Shown: positions 1 through 12,074, numbered from the stretch's first letter. The stretch: 44,268 nt of DNA from Chiloscyllium plagiosum (GCF_004010195.1 NC_057756.1:6876640-6920907), one strand, 5' to 3'. Made by a program: numbers and translations. The notes: generated by a model not told the origin, from the letters alone.

Positions 1-158
1 TTTCACCACATTCCATTGCTTGGCCCAATACCTCCATTCCGGTTAGATTCACACATGTATTGGGACATAATTTTAACCCTTTCACCACATTCCACTGCTT
101 GGCCCAATACATGTGTTACATTATGATTCACACATGTGTTGGGACATAATTTTACACC
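1..158. repeat. Two imperfect tandem copies of a ~79-bp unit
   Basis: tttcaccacattcca(t/c)tgcttggcccaatac...gattcacacatgt(a/g)ttgggacataatttta occurs from 1 and again from 80. Confidence 0.75.
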
Positions 159-160
159 AC

Positions 161-1914
161 ACCTGCAGGCCCCCGCTGCCAGGAATAGTCACCCCTCTCA
201 GGCTCGCATCCTTCCTGATGGACTCGGCAAATGGCTCTATGCAGCACACAAATAAGGTAGGAGAGAGAGGGCAGCCCTGTCTGACTCCAGATCTGACTGG
301 GAAGCTATCTGATTCCCACCCATTGATTGAGACTGCACTGACAATGTTGGTGTAGAGCAGTCTGATCCAATTGCAGATTCCCTCCCCAAAGCCCATTTTG
401 GAGAGAACATCTCTCATATACCTGTGTGATATCCTGTCAAAGGCTTTCTCCTGGTCCAAGCTGATCAGGCAGGTGTCCAACCCTCTGTCCTGCACGTAGG
501 CGATCGTATGCCTGAGGAGTGCGAGACTCTCAGCGATCTTCCTGCCCGGCACAGCACAGGTTTGGTCAGGGTGATTCACCGACCCCAGAGCAGCCCTGAC
601 CCAGTTGGCGATTACCTTTGACAGAATTTTGTAATCCGCATTCAACAGTGAGATTGGTCTCTAATTTTTGAGTTCCTCCCTCTCCCCCTTCCGCTTGTAG
701 ATGAGGGTGATGATGCCTTTCCTCATGGATTCACTCATGGTACCTGACGAAGCATACTGACATACACCTCCAGCAGGTCCTGGCCAATCAAGTCCCACAG
801 AGCTGAATAGAGCTCGACCGGTAAGCCGTCGCTTCCGGGAGTTTTATTCTTTTCGAAGGACTCGAGGGCCTTGGTCAGCTCGTCCAGAGATAGCGGCTGG
901 TCCAGCCTCTCGCGTGTTCTGTCGCCTAAGACCTCCGTGATAGAGGACAGGAACGACTGGGAGGCTGTGCTGTCAGTCGGCTTCACTTCATACAGACTGG
1001 CATAGAAGGATTTACTGATCCTCATGACGTCAGTCTGAGATGACGTTATGGAGCCATCTTCTTCCTTCAGGCTGCTGAGCACAGAGCTCTCTTTGTGCAC
1101 CTTCTGGAAGAAGAAATGTGAGCACGTCTTGTCCTGCTCCACCGAGCGGACCCTGGACTGGAAGATTATCTTGGAGGCCTCCGAGGCAAAGAGCGAGGCT
1201 TGCTGGCCCTTCACCTCCTTGAGGTACTCCGTGACATCCACCCCCATCGTCTGCAGCAGGAGCAGGTTCTGCATACTTTCCTGGAGCTGGGACAGTTTTC
1301 CCCGCCTCTCTCTCGCCTCCTGAACACTTTTGAGGATGAAGAACCTCTTGATGTTCCCTTTTACTGTTTCCCACTGGTCCGCTGGGGACTCAAAGAGGGG
1401 CTTTATGGTTCTCCAACCTGCGTAGTCCCTCTTGAGGTCCTCAATGTTTCCCGGGGTCAACAGCTTTGTGTTCAGCTTCCACATTCCCTTACCAACCCGC
1501 TGCTCGTCCTGTAGGTGACAGTCGGCCAGCAGAAGGCAGTGGTCAGAGAAGAACACCGGTTTGACGTCAGTGGATCTGACCGAGAGCGCTCGGGACACAA
1601 ACAGGTAATCTATCCTTGAGCGGATTGACCCGTCTGCCCGTGACCAGGTGTATCTACGCTGCGCTCCGTCTGCAGGGGTGCTGAAGATGTCATACAGCTT
1701 GGCATCTTTTACCGTGTCCATCAGGGCTCTGGACGTGGCGTCCAGTTTACTGTCCCCCCCGCCGGATCATCCACCTGCATCAATGATACAGTTGAAGTCT
1801 CCGGCCAGAATGACCGGCCTGGACGTAGCCAGCAACAGTAGAAGCTGCTGCAGGATGGCCAACCGTTCACTCTTACCCACTGGGGCGTACACATTAATCA
1901 GTCTCAGGGTAGCA
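161..1914 (-). mobile_element. Tx1-like (L1 clade) non-LTR retrotransposon, internal ORF2 fragment (APE endonuclease plus N-part of RT), disrupted
   Basis: ORFs 1767..2030, 735..1721 and 121..645 give LRLINVYAP, ILAGDFNC, SRIDYLFVS, FFSDH, KTPGSDGLPVELY, RPISLLNADYKIL, ISLDQEKAFDRISH, GVRQGCPLSP. There are two frameshifts and an in-frame TAG at 661-663; homology ends before the catalytic YxDD. Confidence 0.9.
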
Positions 1915-2384
1915 CTTAACTTAGAAACATCTGCTTCTTGAAAAAGAGTAATACATAGCCCAAACGTGCAAATATTTATGTGCATGTCAGTCCACAGTCT
2001 GCAACACCAGGGCTCTGTCTGTGTCTGCAATCACCAGTCCTCCCATTGTTTGCACATTTTGCTTTAGGCTGTGTCTAAGAGATTAATGTTAGAGGTGCAC
2101 AACTAAAGTTAAATCGGTTGCTGCTGCCTCTAGGTATTACTCAAGCAGGCTTCCTATTTGTTGATATAATCACAGGGTTCAGTGAGTTTGTTAATGCTGG
2201 AATAAGCAGAAATTCCTCCAATGTTTGAACCATTAGGCAGAGCAGCTTATTTTTTTGCTTGAATTTCCTGAAGATTATCATCATTAAGTTCCGGGTTCTG
2301 GGGGAGCCCATTCTCCGATCTTCCCCACACAGATCAAAAAACACGTGACTGTGATATCTGCAGGACATGCAGCTTGCGGAGAGG

Positions 2385-2780
2385 AGCCAGTGGCCTAGCG
2401 GTCGTATTGTTGGGCTATGAATCCTGAAGATTCCTGAAGAAGGGCTCATGCCCGAAACGTCGATTCTCCTGCTCCTTGGATGCTGCCTGACCTGCTGCGC
2501 TTTTCCAGCAACACATTTTCAGCTCTGATCTCCAGCATCTGCAGTCCTCACTTTCTCTTCCTATGAATCCAGAGACCCAGCTGAAGTTCTGGTGTTCAAG
2601 TCCCACTACGGCAGATGGTGGGATTTGAATTCAATCCGGGGAGGAAAAAAGATCAGGAAGTAAGAATCAGATGATGATGATTGGAATATCCCATCGGCTT
2701 CACTAATGTCCCCGTAGGGAAGGAACTGTGTTGTCCTTACCTAGAATTGCTGACATGTGACTCCTAACTGCCTCCTTATA
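2385..2780 (+). mobile_element. tRNA-derived SINE (non-HE1 family), interrupted by a Penelope-derived insert
   Basis: tRNA-like head (cagtggcctagcggt...gttcaagtcccact). Body matches the related copy at 8475-8810 (cccat..g.tt.actaatgtcc/gattcc...ggaaggaa...ccttacct...acatgt.actcc). Confidence 0.6.
2425..2560 (+). mobile_element. Short Penelope-derived 3' element (family A) with hammerhead-like core
   Basis: 10-bp TSD ctatgaatcc (2415-2424, 2561-2570). Core CTGAAGA-A-GGGC-tcat-GCCC-GAAACGTC at 2434-2461. The same sequence ends the Penelope fragment at 33160-33720. Confidence 0.75.
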
Positions 2781-2849
2781 ATAAACACCTCTCCAGTGAC
2801 ACTCACATCGTGTGAGTGAAAATGGTTTTAAAAAGTGATGTCTTCTCAG

Positions 2850-3085
2850 TGCAGTAACTCTACAGAGGGTCTTATTTCATCACCAAATCACTCTTTATTT
2901 ACACCTGAGCAGTCCTTGATGATAGTACTACCTCATATAGAGTCAGTCACCAGAGTGTAAGTATCCCTGATTCGTAACCTTTTTTATATCAGCCATGGTT
3001 CCCTGACTGGACCAGATTCACAGCCTCAATCAGGGAACTCATATTCTATGAAGTCCCCCTGACTGACCTCATTACAATCATTACA
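2850..3085 (-). mobile_element. Probable solo LTR
   Basis: On the minus strand it starts TGTAATG, ends ...TTACTGCA, and contains TATAAAA followed by AATAAA. No clear TSD. Confidence 0.5.
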
Positions 3086-3109
3086 CAAAGGTAGTCAAGC
3101 TGTCAGCTT

Positions 3110-3760
3110 CTTTTGAATTCATCTGTGAGATATGGGCATTGCTGCCTGGGTCCACCATTTATTGCCCATCCCTAGTTGCCCCTTGAGAAGGTGGTAGTGA
3201 GCTGCCTTCCTGAGCTGCTGCAGTCCATCTGCTGAGGTTGACCCACAATGCCCTTTGTTAGGGAATTCCAGAATTTTGTCCCAGCGACAGTGAAAGAATG
3301 GTGATATATTTCCAAGTCAGGATAGTGAGTGGCTTGGAGTGGAACTTGCAGGGGGTGGTGTTCCCATGTATCTGTTGCCCTTGCCCTTCTGGATGGAAGT
3401 GCTCCTGGGTTTGGAAGGTGTTGTCTAAGAACGTTTGGGGAATTTCTGCAGTGCATCTTGTAGATGGTACACATTGCTGTTACTGAATTTTGATGGTAGA
3501 GGGAGTGAATGTTTGTGGATGTGGTGCCAATCAAGCGGACTGCTTTGTTCTGGATGGTGTCAAATTTCTTGAGTGTTGTTGGGGCTGCTCCCATCCAGAT
3601 AAGTGGGGAGTATTCCAACACATTTCTGAATTGTGCCTTGCAGATGGTGGACAGGCTTTGAGTCAGGAGGTGAGTTACTTACTGCAGTGTTCCTAGCATC
3701 TGACCTGCTCTTGTAGCCACTGCGCTTGTGTGCCGAATTCAGGTGAATTTCTGATCTATG
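3110..3760 (-). mobile_element. 3' fragment of a CR1/L2-group LINE
   Basis: ORF 3172..3621 LEYSPLIWMGAAPTTLKKFDTIQNKAVRLIG...WNSL is a LINE RT C-terminal region. Same family as 12560-13210. Confidence 0.75.
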
Positions 3761-4787
3761 GTTCTTTCGTGGTCTGCCTGAGCAGATCCTCCAAATTCCC
3801 TGCCTAAACCTCTGCCTCCCATTTTCCAGTTTGGAACCAAAGCGATATTAGCAACAGCAGAAGCCATCAGTGTCCGGGGTGGGGGATAAGAGGAAACAAG
3901 TCAGAGAATGGCCTTGAGTAGGACTGAAACCAAAATCAATGTATTCCCAAAGTAGGTAGGGAATGCTCAGGGGCCACATAGTGTCCCTTGCTCACCCCTA
4001 CACCTCCACCCTGCTTTTTAAATGGGGAGACTGAGCAGGGGAAAAGGAATCGATGTCCTGTGTTGAGCAGTAAATGCTTTCTGGGGAAATGGGAGAACAA
4101 CGCACAGAACAGTGACCGAACTCGGAACTCTCTTGAGTTTCGGTTGAAATAGTTGCTTAAACGGAGACGTGACCTAAAAAGCAGCAATCAGCTGTTTTTA
4201 ACTCGAAGGAAAACTTGGCTGAGAGGCAGGAAACGAATAACTGGTTGTTTTTATTTTAGACTTGGGGAGAAGTTTGTAGTGGAGATTCCCAGATGGAAGG
4301 GGGGGAATTCAATTTCTGTTATTGAAAGTGGTTGGACAGATTAAAAACAGCAATTAATAAAGAAGAAAATGCATTTGACTTTGTGACTAGGGGCTAGAAA
4401 CATAGAATATAAGATTGAATATTTGATGACCGTCTTTCTCAGCTGGAAGCTTGACAAGGCAACATTATTTGCAGTGGCGTCGAGTTGTGAGAGCTGGGAT
4501 GCGAATAGAATATTCCTTCTCCTCAGGCCAAGATCCCTTTCTGGAATAAGCGATCAGGGCAAAATGATCGTAGTCTCCAGTCCAAACAGAAGGAATTGCA
4601 AGTGGAGGGGAAACCACAGAACAATGGGAACTGACAATGATTGCACTTGGAGCTTGTTGACAAGTGTATGACCAGCAAACAGAGCAGCCAGTCACTTGTC
4701 TTTCCCCAGTCTTCGCAAACCGCTCATGTGACGCTCCTGGAAACAGGACTCCAGTGAAAACACCGGATTAGAGACACTTCTGCCAAA

Positions 4788-4839
4788 ATGGAGAGAGCTG
4801 TATTCATCATCTCCGTGGTGTGCTTCGTCATATCGTACG
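4788..4839 (+). CDS. Ig-superfamily receptor, coding exon 1: signal peptide (MERAVFIISVVCFVISY)
   Basis: Good start context (aaaATGG), hydrophobic core and donor G|GTGAGA (phase 1). A polypyrimidine acceptor at 4708-4709 suggests the exon may begin at 4710, after an upstream non-coding exon. Confidence 0.8.
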
Positions 4840-4993
4840 GTGAGAATCTCTTTGGGTAACAGCAGGCCGGGTCAGAGTAGGCAATTGGAAGTTTTGGGGG
4901 CATCCTGAGGGTAAAAGTAAAAGGCAGCCCCTGTGTGTTGTGCTCCTCTCTGGGTCCCTTCCTAACGCAGATGCCTTGGAATTGTTCCCACAG

Positions 4994-5305
4994 CTGAGCC
5001 TTTCAGTATCTTCGTGTACAAGCCAGAGGTCAATGCCACCGTGGGTGATCGAGTCACCCTCCCGGTGAGACCCTCCTCCCCCGTCTCGAGTGGTTTCTGG
5101 AACTTTGGCGGCGAGTCCATTGTCCTGTGGACCGTCGAGCCCCCTGACCTCAACGTCGCCTACACCAAACGCAACGTGCTGCTTTTGGACAACACGTCCC
5201 TCCTCCTCCTCTCAGTAACTCTCAAAGACGCTGGGGATTACTGGGTGACGATGGACTCCCCGACTGGACAAGAAGGCAAAGCCAAGGTCACTTTGAACGT
5301 GTTCC
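4994..5305 (+). CDS. Coding exon 2: IgV domain 1, CEACAM-N-like, no cysteines
   Basis: Acceptor ttgttcccacag|, donor C|GTAAGT, 312 nt, phase 1-1. Translation includes VNATVGDRVTLPV, C-strand Trp (GFWNF), NTSLLLLSV, DAGDYWV and VTLNVF. Confidence 0.9.
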
Positions 5306-5344
5306 GTAAGTTCCCTGTCTCTTGTAATCGACAATGAGCAGATC

Positions 5345-6545
5345 AACATGGGCAGAGCGGTAGACGTTGTTCACTTGGACTTCGGTTTGACAAGGTTTCG
5401 CATGATAGACTAATTAGCAAAGTTTGATCACATGGGATTCAGGGTGAGCTTGCCAATTAGTCACAAAATTGGCTTTATGGTAAGAGACAGGGTGGTGATG
5501 GAGGGTTGTTTTTCAGACTGGAGGCTTGTGACCAGGGTGTTCCACAGGGATCAGCGCTGGGTCCACTTTTATTTGTCATTTATAGAAATGATTCAGGTGA
5601 GCCTATAGAAAGCATGTTTAGTAAGTTTATGGATGACACCAAGACTACTGGTGTAGTGGACCGTGAAGAAGGTCATCTAAGATTACAAGAACATCTTGAT
5701 CAATTGGGTGAATAGGCAGATGAATGGCAAATGGAGTTTAATTCGGATAAATGTACCACATTTTGTTAAGATAAACAAAGACAAGACTTATACGATTAAA
5801 AGTAGGGCACTGGGGAGTGTTGTGGAACAGAGAGACCTAGGAGTTCAGGTACATAATGCTTTCAAGTTTGCATCAGATCGAGATAGGGCGGTTAAGAAGA
5901 CCTTTAGTATACTTGCCTTCATTGCTCACAAGAATGGTGGAGTTGGGACATTATTTTGAAGATGTACAGGATGTTGGAGAGGTGTCTGCTGGAATAGTGT
6001 CCAGTCCTGATCACCCTATTACAGGAAGGTGAGAGGTGACCTTACAGAAGTTTATAAAATCATGAGGGGCATGGATAAGGTGAATGCCTTTTCCCTAGTG
6101 TGGGGGATTTCAAGACCATGGGCGTATTTTAAAGGTGAGAGGAGAAAGTTTTAAAAAAAGACACGGTAGGCTGTTTGTTTCAACAAAGGGTGGTCCGTGT
6201 ATGGAATGAAATTCCAGAGGAAATGGTGGATGCGGTTTCAGTTAGAATGTTTAAAAGACATATAGACAACCACTTGATGAAGGAGCAGCGCTCCGAGAGC
6301 TAGTGCTTCCAAATAAACCTGTTGGACTATAACCTGGTGTTGTGTGATTTTTAACTTTGTCCATCCCAGTCCAATACCGGCATCTCCAAATCATGACATT
6401 TAGATAAGTATAGGAATAGGAAATATTTGGAAAATTACATGCCAAGTGCAGGCAGATGGGTCTAGCTGAGTTTAGGATTATGGTCGCCATGGCAATGGAC
6501 TGAGGGATCTGTTTCTGTGCTGGAAGAGTCTATGACTCCATAACT
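5345..6545 (+). mobile_element. Degenerate CR1 LINE 3' fragment with a family-B insert
   Basis: GVPQGSALGPLLFVIY...KFMDDTK and LGSVVEQRDLGVQVH; CR1 tail with ctatgactc. Confidence 0.85.
6268..6395 (+). mobile_element. Short hammerhead-like-core element (family B)
   Basis: ttgatgaaggagcagcgctccgagagctagtg...gttggactataacctggtgttgtgtg; imperfect TSD gacat(a/t)taga. Related copies at 8249-8375 (-), 19910-20140, 37058-37285 and 39540-39625. Confidence 0.65.
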
Positions 6546-6599
6546 TGAATTGGGCATGTGATGAGGCTCATTCGGTGTTTTTTTAATTTATATAAAATG

Positions 6600-6895
6600 T
6601 TTAGATTAGATTTGATTCCCTACAGTGTGGGAAGAGGCCCTTTGGGCCAACACATCCATACCGACCCTCCGAAGAGTAACCCACCCAGACCCATTTCCCT
6701 CTGAATAACACACTTAACACTATGGACAATTTAGCAAGGCCAATTCACCTGGCCTGCACATCTATGAAAGGAAACCCACGCAGACACGGGGAGAATGTGC
6801 AAATTCTACATAGACAGTCACCTGAGGCTGGAATCGAACCTGGGACCCTGGTGCTGTGTGGCAGCAGTGCTAACTGCTAAGCCATCGTACCGCCC
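6600..6895 (-). mobile_element. HE1-like (V-SINE) SINE
   Basis: Reverse complement of the tRNA-like head, the tgtggagtttgcacattctccccgtgtctgcgtggg core and the CR1-like tail gggcctgtttcc. Confidence 0.85.
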
Positions 6896-7186
6896 TATGT
6901 TTATGTTTATAAAAACAAAGAACTGTAGGTGCTTAAGGTCTGAGATGAAAGACAGCAATTGCTAGAGAAACTCAGCAGGTCTGACAGCATTTGTGAAGAG
7001 AGAAAGCAGTCTTAACGCTTCAGAACACAGGTCACTGGACCCGAAACATTGAGTTTGATTTTTCTCTCTCTGCTGTTTCTCGAGTTATTTCCGCTTTTCG
7101 CTTCTTTCTGTTCGTCTTGGCCGGGTACGATTCTTGTAATTCTGTGTCAAAGGTATAATTCAGATTCTGTGATTCAGCCAAACTTT

Positions 7187-7470
7187 AGATTAGATTCCCT
7201 ACAGTGTGGAAACAGGCCCTTCAGTCCAACAAGTCCACCCCAACCCTCCAGAGAGTAACCCATTCCCCTGTGTTTACCCCTGAGTAATGCACCTTCCACG
7301 ATTTAGCATGGCCAATCCACCCTAACCTGCACATTGTGGGAGGAAACCGGAGCAAGTCCATGCAGACACGGGGAGAACGTGCAGACTCCATGCAGTCACC
7401 CAAGGCAGAAATCAAACCTGGGTCGCTGGTGCTGTGAGGCAATAATGCTAACCACTGAGCCACTGCACCT
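7187..7470 (-). mobile_element. HE1-like SINE
   Basis: Same head, core and tail motifs. Confidence 0.85.
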
Positions 7471-7477
7471 GTACAAG

Positions 7478-7880
7478 CTAAGACCATAAGAAATAGGAAC
7501 AGAAATAGTCCATTCAGCCCCTCAAGCCTGCTCTGCCATTCAATACGAAAGTGGCTGATCTGACATTTCTCATGGCCACTTCCCTGCTCGTTCCCCATAA
7601 CCACTGATTCCACGACTGATCAAAAATCTATCTCAGCCTCAAATATATCGAAGGACTCTGCCCCCACAGCTCCCTGCCGCAAGGAGTTCCAAAGACTCAC
7701 AACCCTGAGGGAAAGGAAATTCCTACTCATCTCATTCTTAAATTGGCCACCCCTTTATTCTGAGACTCTACACTCTGGTCCTAGACTTTCCCATGAAGGG
7801 ACACCTCATTTACCCAGGAAAGCTCCTGAAGAATCTGACATCTTTCAATGAGATCACCTCTCATTCTTCTAAACTACACT
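7478..7880 (-). mobile_element. CR1 LINE 3' fragment
   Basis: Reverse-strand CR1 tail (ccataagaaataggaac...ccattcagccc) and RT C-terminal remnants. Confidence 0.7.
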
Positions 7881-7909
7881 GCACAGAGTCCCCATCTGTT
7901 TGTCTTCTA

Positions 7910-8185
7910 CATCATGGAACCCCTACAATGCATAAGCAGGCCATTCAGCCCATTGAGTCCACACTGACCGTCTAAAGAGCATTCCACCCTGGACCTTACA
8001 TTTCCCATGGCCAAACCACCTGACCCATACATCTTTAGATTGAGGGAGAAAACTGGAGCACCCGGAGGAAATCCATGCAGACGCGGGGAGAACGTGCAAA
8101 CTCCACACAGACAGTTGCCCGAGGCTGGAATCAAACCTGGTCCCGAATGCTGTGAGGCAACAGTGCTAACTACTGAACCACTATG
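7910..8185 (-). mobile_element. HE1-like SINE
   Basis: Same head, core and tail motifs. Confidence 0.8.
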
Positions 8186-8474
8186 TTTCCTTTGCTTGTG
8201 AGACAATACCTCCACACAGAGAATTACTTAAATGAACCTGTTCTGATCTGATTTAGAGACACCGGTGTTGGACTGGGGTGTACAAAGTTAAAAATCATAC
8301 AACACCAGGCTATAGTCCAACAGGTTTATTTGGAAGCACGAGTTTTCCAAGTGCTGCTCCATCATCAGGTGGTTGACCAGCTGATCTGCCAGACTTTTAT
8401 TCTGAATCAAAGGTATAACTGAGACTCTGTGATTCAGCCAAACTCTATAAGTTAAGAGATTTGAATTCTGTCCA

Positions 8475-8810
8475 GCGAGGGAGATGGTGGCATAATAGCA
8501 TTGTCACTGGACTAGTAATCCAGAGGTCAAGGTTTGAGATATGGGGTTCAAATCTCACAATATCAGTTGGTGGGACTGAAATTCAGAGAATAAAACTGGA
8601 TTATAAACCTTGTCATCAGTAATGATGCCCATTTGATTGACTGATTCCTTTTGTAAAGGAAATTTGCCTTCTTTACCTGGTTGACTGACATGTAACTCCA
8701 TACCCATAGCAATATGGTTGATTCTGAACTGCCGTCTGAAATAGTCCAGCAAGCTACTCAGTTCAACAAATGCTTGCCTTGCCAGCAACACCCATGAAAG
8801 AAAAAATAAG
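8475..8810 (+). mobile_element. tRNA-derived SINE sharing a 3' tail with the CR1/L2-group LINE
   Basis: Head ggtggcataatagcattgtcactggactagtaatccagag; tail aaatgcttgccttgccagcaacacccatga resembles the LINE end at 13160-13210. Confidence 0.6.
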
Positions 8811-8829
8811 CCAATTAATCATTTTGTGG

Positions 8830-9120
8830 AAGGCACAGTAGCTCAGTGGTTAGCACTGCTGCCTCACAGCGCCAGAAACCCCGGTTCAATTCCCGCCTCA
8901 GGTGACTGTCTGTGCGGAGTTTTCACAATGTCCCCGTATCTGCGTGGGTTTGCTCCGGTTTCCTCCCACAATCCAAAAATGTGCAGGTTAGGTGAAATTG
9001 CCTGTAGTGTTAGGTGAAGGGGTAAATGTAGGGGAATGGGTCTGGGTGGATTGCTCTTCAAAGGGTCAGTGTGAACTTGTTGGGCCAAAGGGCCTGTTTC
9101 CACATTGTAAGTAATCTAAT
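8830..9120 (+). mobile_element. HE1-like SINE
   Basis: ggcacagtagctcagtggttagcactgctgcctcacagcgccag...gggcctgtttccacattgtaagtaatctaat. Confidence 0.9.
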
Positions 9121-9829
9121 AAGACCATAAGAAATAGGAACAGGAATAGTCCATTCAGCCCCTCACGCCTGCTCTGCTATTCAATACAATCATGGCTGAT
9201 CTGACATCTAAATAACATCATTTCTTAAACAAGGTGACCAAAACTGTCCATTCACAGACACTTTATTTTCCCTCAAAATAAATCATTTTTTGGAGAAATT
9301 TGTTCCAGTACATTCCAAGTCATGCCACAATGAGCAGGACGGAGATTGTAAATAAATTCAACTTTCCTCCAAACAGCCTGTGAGACTTTGCGATGCCACG
9401 GTAGTGTTCCGATACTCCTAATGTCTGCAAGGAACGTTCCTTCATAGCTGATAGAGCCTGAGAGGTTCGAGACAGTTTCCAGCCATTTGGCGTACTCTGT
9501 AAGGTTCAATGCAGCAATTTTGTTGCCACCATTGTGAGCCTAAGATTTACTGCATCCCTCAGCACATAATTCTGGCCCCGTGACGTTTAGTCACACACAG
9601 TGTTTGTATTGCAAGAGCAGCAACTTTTAGGCACCACTCCAGTTGAATTGATTATCTCCCCGCTCCAGCCCTGCTCAATGTGATGCCTTCATAAACAAAT
9701 AATGTAAAATCTCAACAGTCCAACCAGATCATTAGGCTGTTCGCTCACCAGGGGTAGAGAGAGAGAGAGAGAGAGACAACTGGTTGTGATTTAACCTGAA
9801 GGTCACCAAGCCTCAGACAAGGGGAGAGT

Positions 9830-11215
9830 CATAGAGTCACAGAAACAGACCCTTCAGTCAAACCAGCCCATGCCGACCATAGTCGCAAACTAAACTAGTC
9901 CAACCTGCCTGCTCCTGATCCAAACCTTTCCAAGTCATGTACTTAGAACAAGTATCTTTTAAACATTGTAATTGTACTTGCATCCAACACTTCCTCAGGC
10001 AGTTCATTACACATGTGAACCACCCTCTGTGTAAAAAATTTGCCCCTCATGTCTTTTTCCAATGTCCATCCTCTCACGTTAAAAATGAGACCTCTAGTCT
10101 TGAAATCCCCCTTCTTAGGGAAAATACACCTCCCATTGTCAGCACAGGACATTAACAAGGTGGCACGGTGGCTCCGTGGTAAGCATTGCGGTCTCATAGC
10201 ACCAGGGACCTGGATTTGATTCCAGCCTCAGGCAACTGGCTGTGTTCTCCCTGTGTCTGCGTGGGTTTTCTTCCCACAGTCCAAAGATGTACAGGTTAGG
10301 GCGAATTGGCCATGCTAAATTGTCCCATAGTATTCAGGGTTTGTAGGTTAGGTGCATTAGTCAAGAGTAAATGTAGGGGAATGAGTCTGGGTTGGTTACT
10401 CTTTAGAGGGATTCTATGATTAACCCTCTCTATACCTCTCATCATTTTACAAACTACTATAAGGTCACCTCTCAGTCTCCTGCGCTCCAGTGAAAATAGC
10501 CCCAGCCTAGCCAGCATTTCTTTATAACGCAAGTCTTCCATATCCAACACCGTCCTCGTAAATCTCCTTTGAACCCTCTTCAGCTTAATAACATCATTCC
10601 AATAACTAGGGTGACCAGAACTGGGCACAGTAACCCAAAGGAGGCCTCACCAACGTCCTATAGCAACGAAGGCAAGCGTATTAAATGCCTTTTTAACTAC
10701 TCTGCTTATATGTGATGCAAACTTCAAAGAATTACGCACCTGAACCCCTAGGTCCCTCTGATCTACAACACTACCTAAGGCCCTACCAATAATTGTATAA
10801 GCCCTGCCCTTGTTTGTTTTTCCAAAATGCCATTCCTTGCATTTATCCAGTTTGAACTCTGCCATAGAGTCATAGAGATGTACAGCATGGAAACAGATCG
10901 TTGGGTCCAACTGGTCCATGCCAATGAGGTATCCAATCTAGTCCCACTTACCATTTTTCAACCCATTGATCCATTTGATCAAGATCCCTTTGTAATCTTA
11001 GAAAACTTTCTTTGCTCTCTACGATGCCACCAATTTTGGTATTGCCTGCAATCTTACTAACCATGCCTTTTGTACGTGTATCCAGTTCATTCATATAAAC
11101 GACAAACAGAACAGGACCCAGAAATTATCCCTGCGGAACACTGCTGGTGACAAGACTCCAGTCTGAGAAACTACCCTCCACCACCACTCTCTGTCTCCTA
11201 CTGTGAAGCCAATGG
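9830..11215 (-). mobile_element. Cluster of CR1 LINE fragments with an embedded + strand HE1-like SINE (10158-10420)
   Basis: ORFs with FFTQRVV, RVQRRFTR...LFSLERRRLRGDLI, LGSVVDQRDLGVQV and RQRVVVEGSFSDWSLVTSSVPQG. Confidence 0.85.
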
Positions 11216-11455
11216 ATGGAGGAGAGTGCTAACCTCAGCCAGTGTGGGAATTGAACCCATACTGTTAGCATCACTGGCTGGCCATCCAACAAATAACATG
11301 GTTGAGTAAAGAAGCATTTATATGCTTGATTATCCATGACTGTTGTAATGAGGGTAGAAGCTGACAGATTCACTGTCATTACAACTGCAGAATCTGGATT
11401 GTTATCAGTTCTATCAATGGAAAATATCACAGATTTTTTTTTTGCTTTCGCCTAG

Positions 11456-11770
11456 CAAAGTCTGCTCCTTTTACCATCAGCGTTGAAGGCGGCAAGATTA
11501 ATGCCGTTGCTGGGGACACAGTCATTCTGTCAGCGAGCCCTACACAAGAGGTGAAGGACGGGAGCTGGACGTTTGGAGGGAAAGCTGTCACCTGGTGGAG
11601 TGACACATTCCCCGAGATCAGCCCTGATTACAGTGGGCGGACCGCAATCTCCTCCAAGACTTCACTGAAACTGAAATCGGTTAGGGTATCGGACACTGGA
11701 GAATACGATGTGACCATGAGTACAGCATCCGGCGACACGAGGACAGCCAAAATCGAACTGAATGTCATCA
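11456..11770 (+). CDS. Coding exon 3: IgV domain 2, CEACAM-N-like, no cysteines
   Basis: Acceptor t-rich...ctttcgcctag|, donor A|GTAAGT, 315 nt, phase 1-1. Translation includes PFTISV, INAVAGDTVILSAS, GSWTF, YSGRTAI, TSLKLKSV, DTGEYDV and IELNVI. Confidence 0.9.
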
Positions 11771-11874
11771 GTAAGTTGCTGCTGTTTCCCAAATTAAAGA
11801 AAGAAGGGCCAGCAAAATAATTGGGTTGCCTATTTAATGTTGCCCATCATTGCCCAGAATAGTCAACTACCGAA

Positions 11875-12048
11875 ATGAAACAAAGAACTGTGGATGCTGG
11901 TCATGTGAAACAAAGGCCAGAAATTGCTGGAGAAACTCAGGAGGTCTGGCAGCATTCTGAAGAAGGGTTAGTGGACTGAGACATTAATTGTCTCCCACAG
12001 AACCTACCAGATCTCCTGAGTTTCTCCAGCAATTTCTGTTTTTGTTAC
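11875..12048. repeat. Short fold-back element (family D) with degenerate hammerhead-like core
   Basis: Arms agaaattgctggagaaactcagga / tcctgagtttctccagcaatttct enclose ttctgaagaagggttagtggactgagac. Related copies at 6910-7110, 23570-23670 and 31045-31160. Confidence 0.55.
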
Positions 12049-12074
12049 AGGTTGAGTACTTCTAGCTCTTAGGG

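Noticed and set aside
4971..4993. Alternative acceptor cctaacgcag|ATG at 4970
   Set aside because: It adds 23 nt and shifts the Ig exon out of frame with the signal exon; 4994 fits.
8830..8900. tRNA-like sequences (also at other SINE heads)
   Set aside because: They continue directly into SINE core and tail sequence, so they are SINE heads and not tRNA genes.
9273..9509. 78-aa minus-strand ORF in unique intronic sequence
   Set aside because: No recognisable motif, non-ATG start, and no convincing splice sites linking it to anything.
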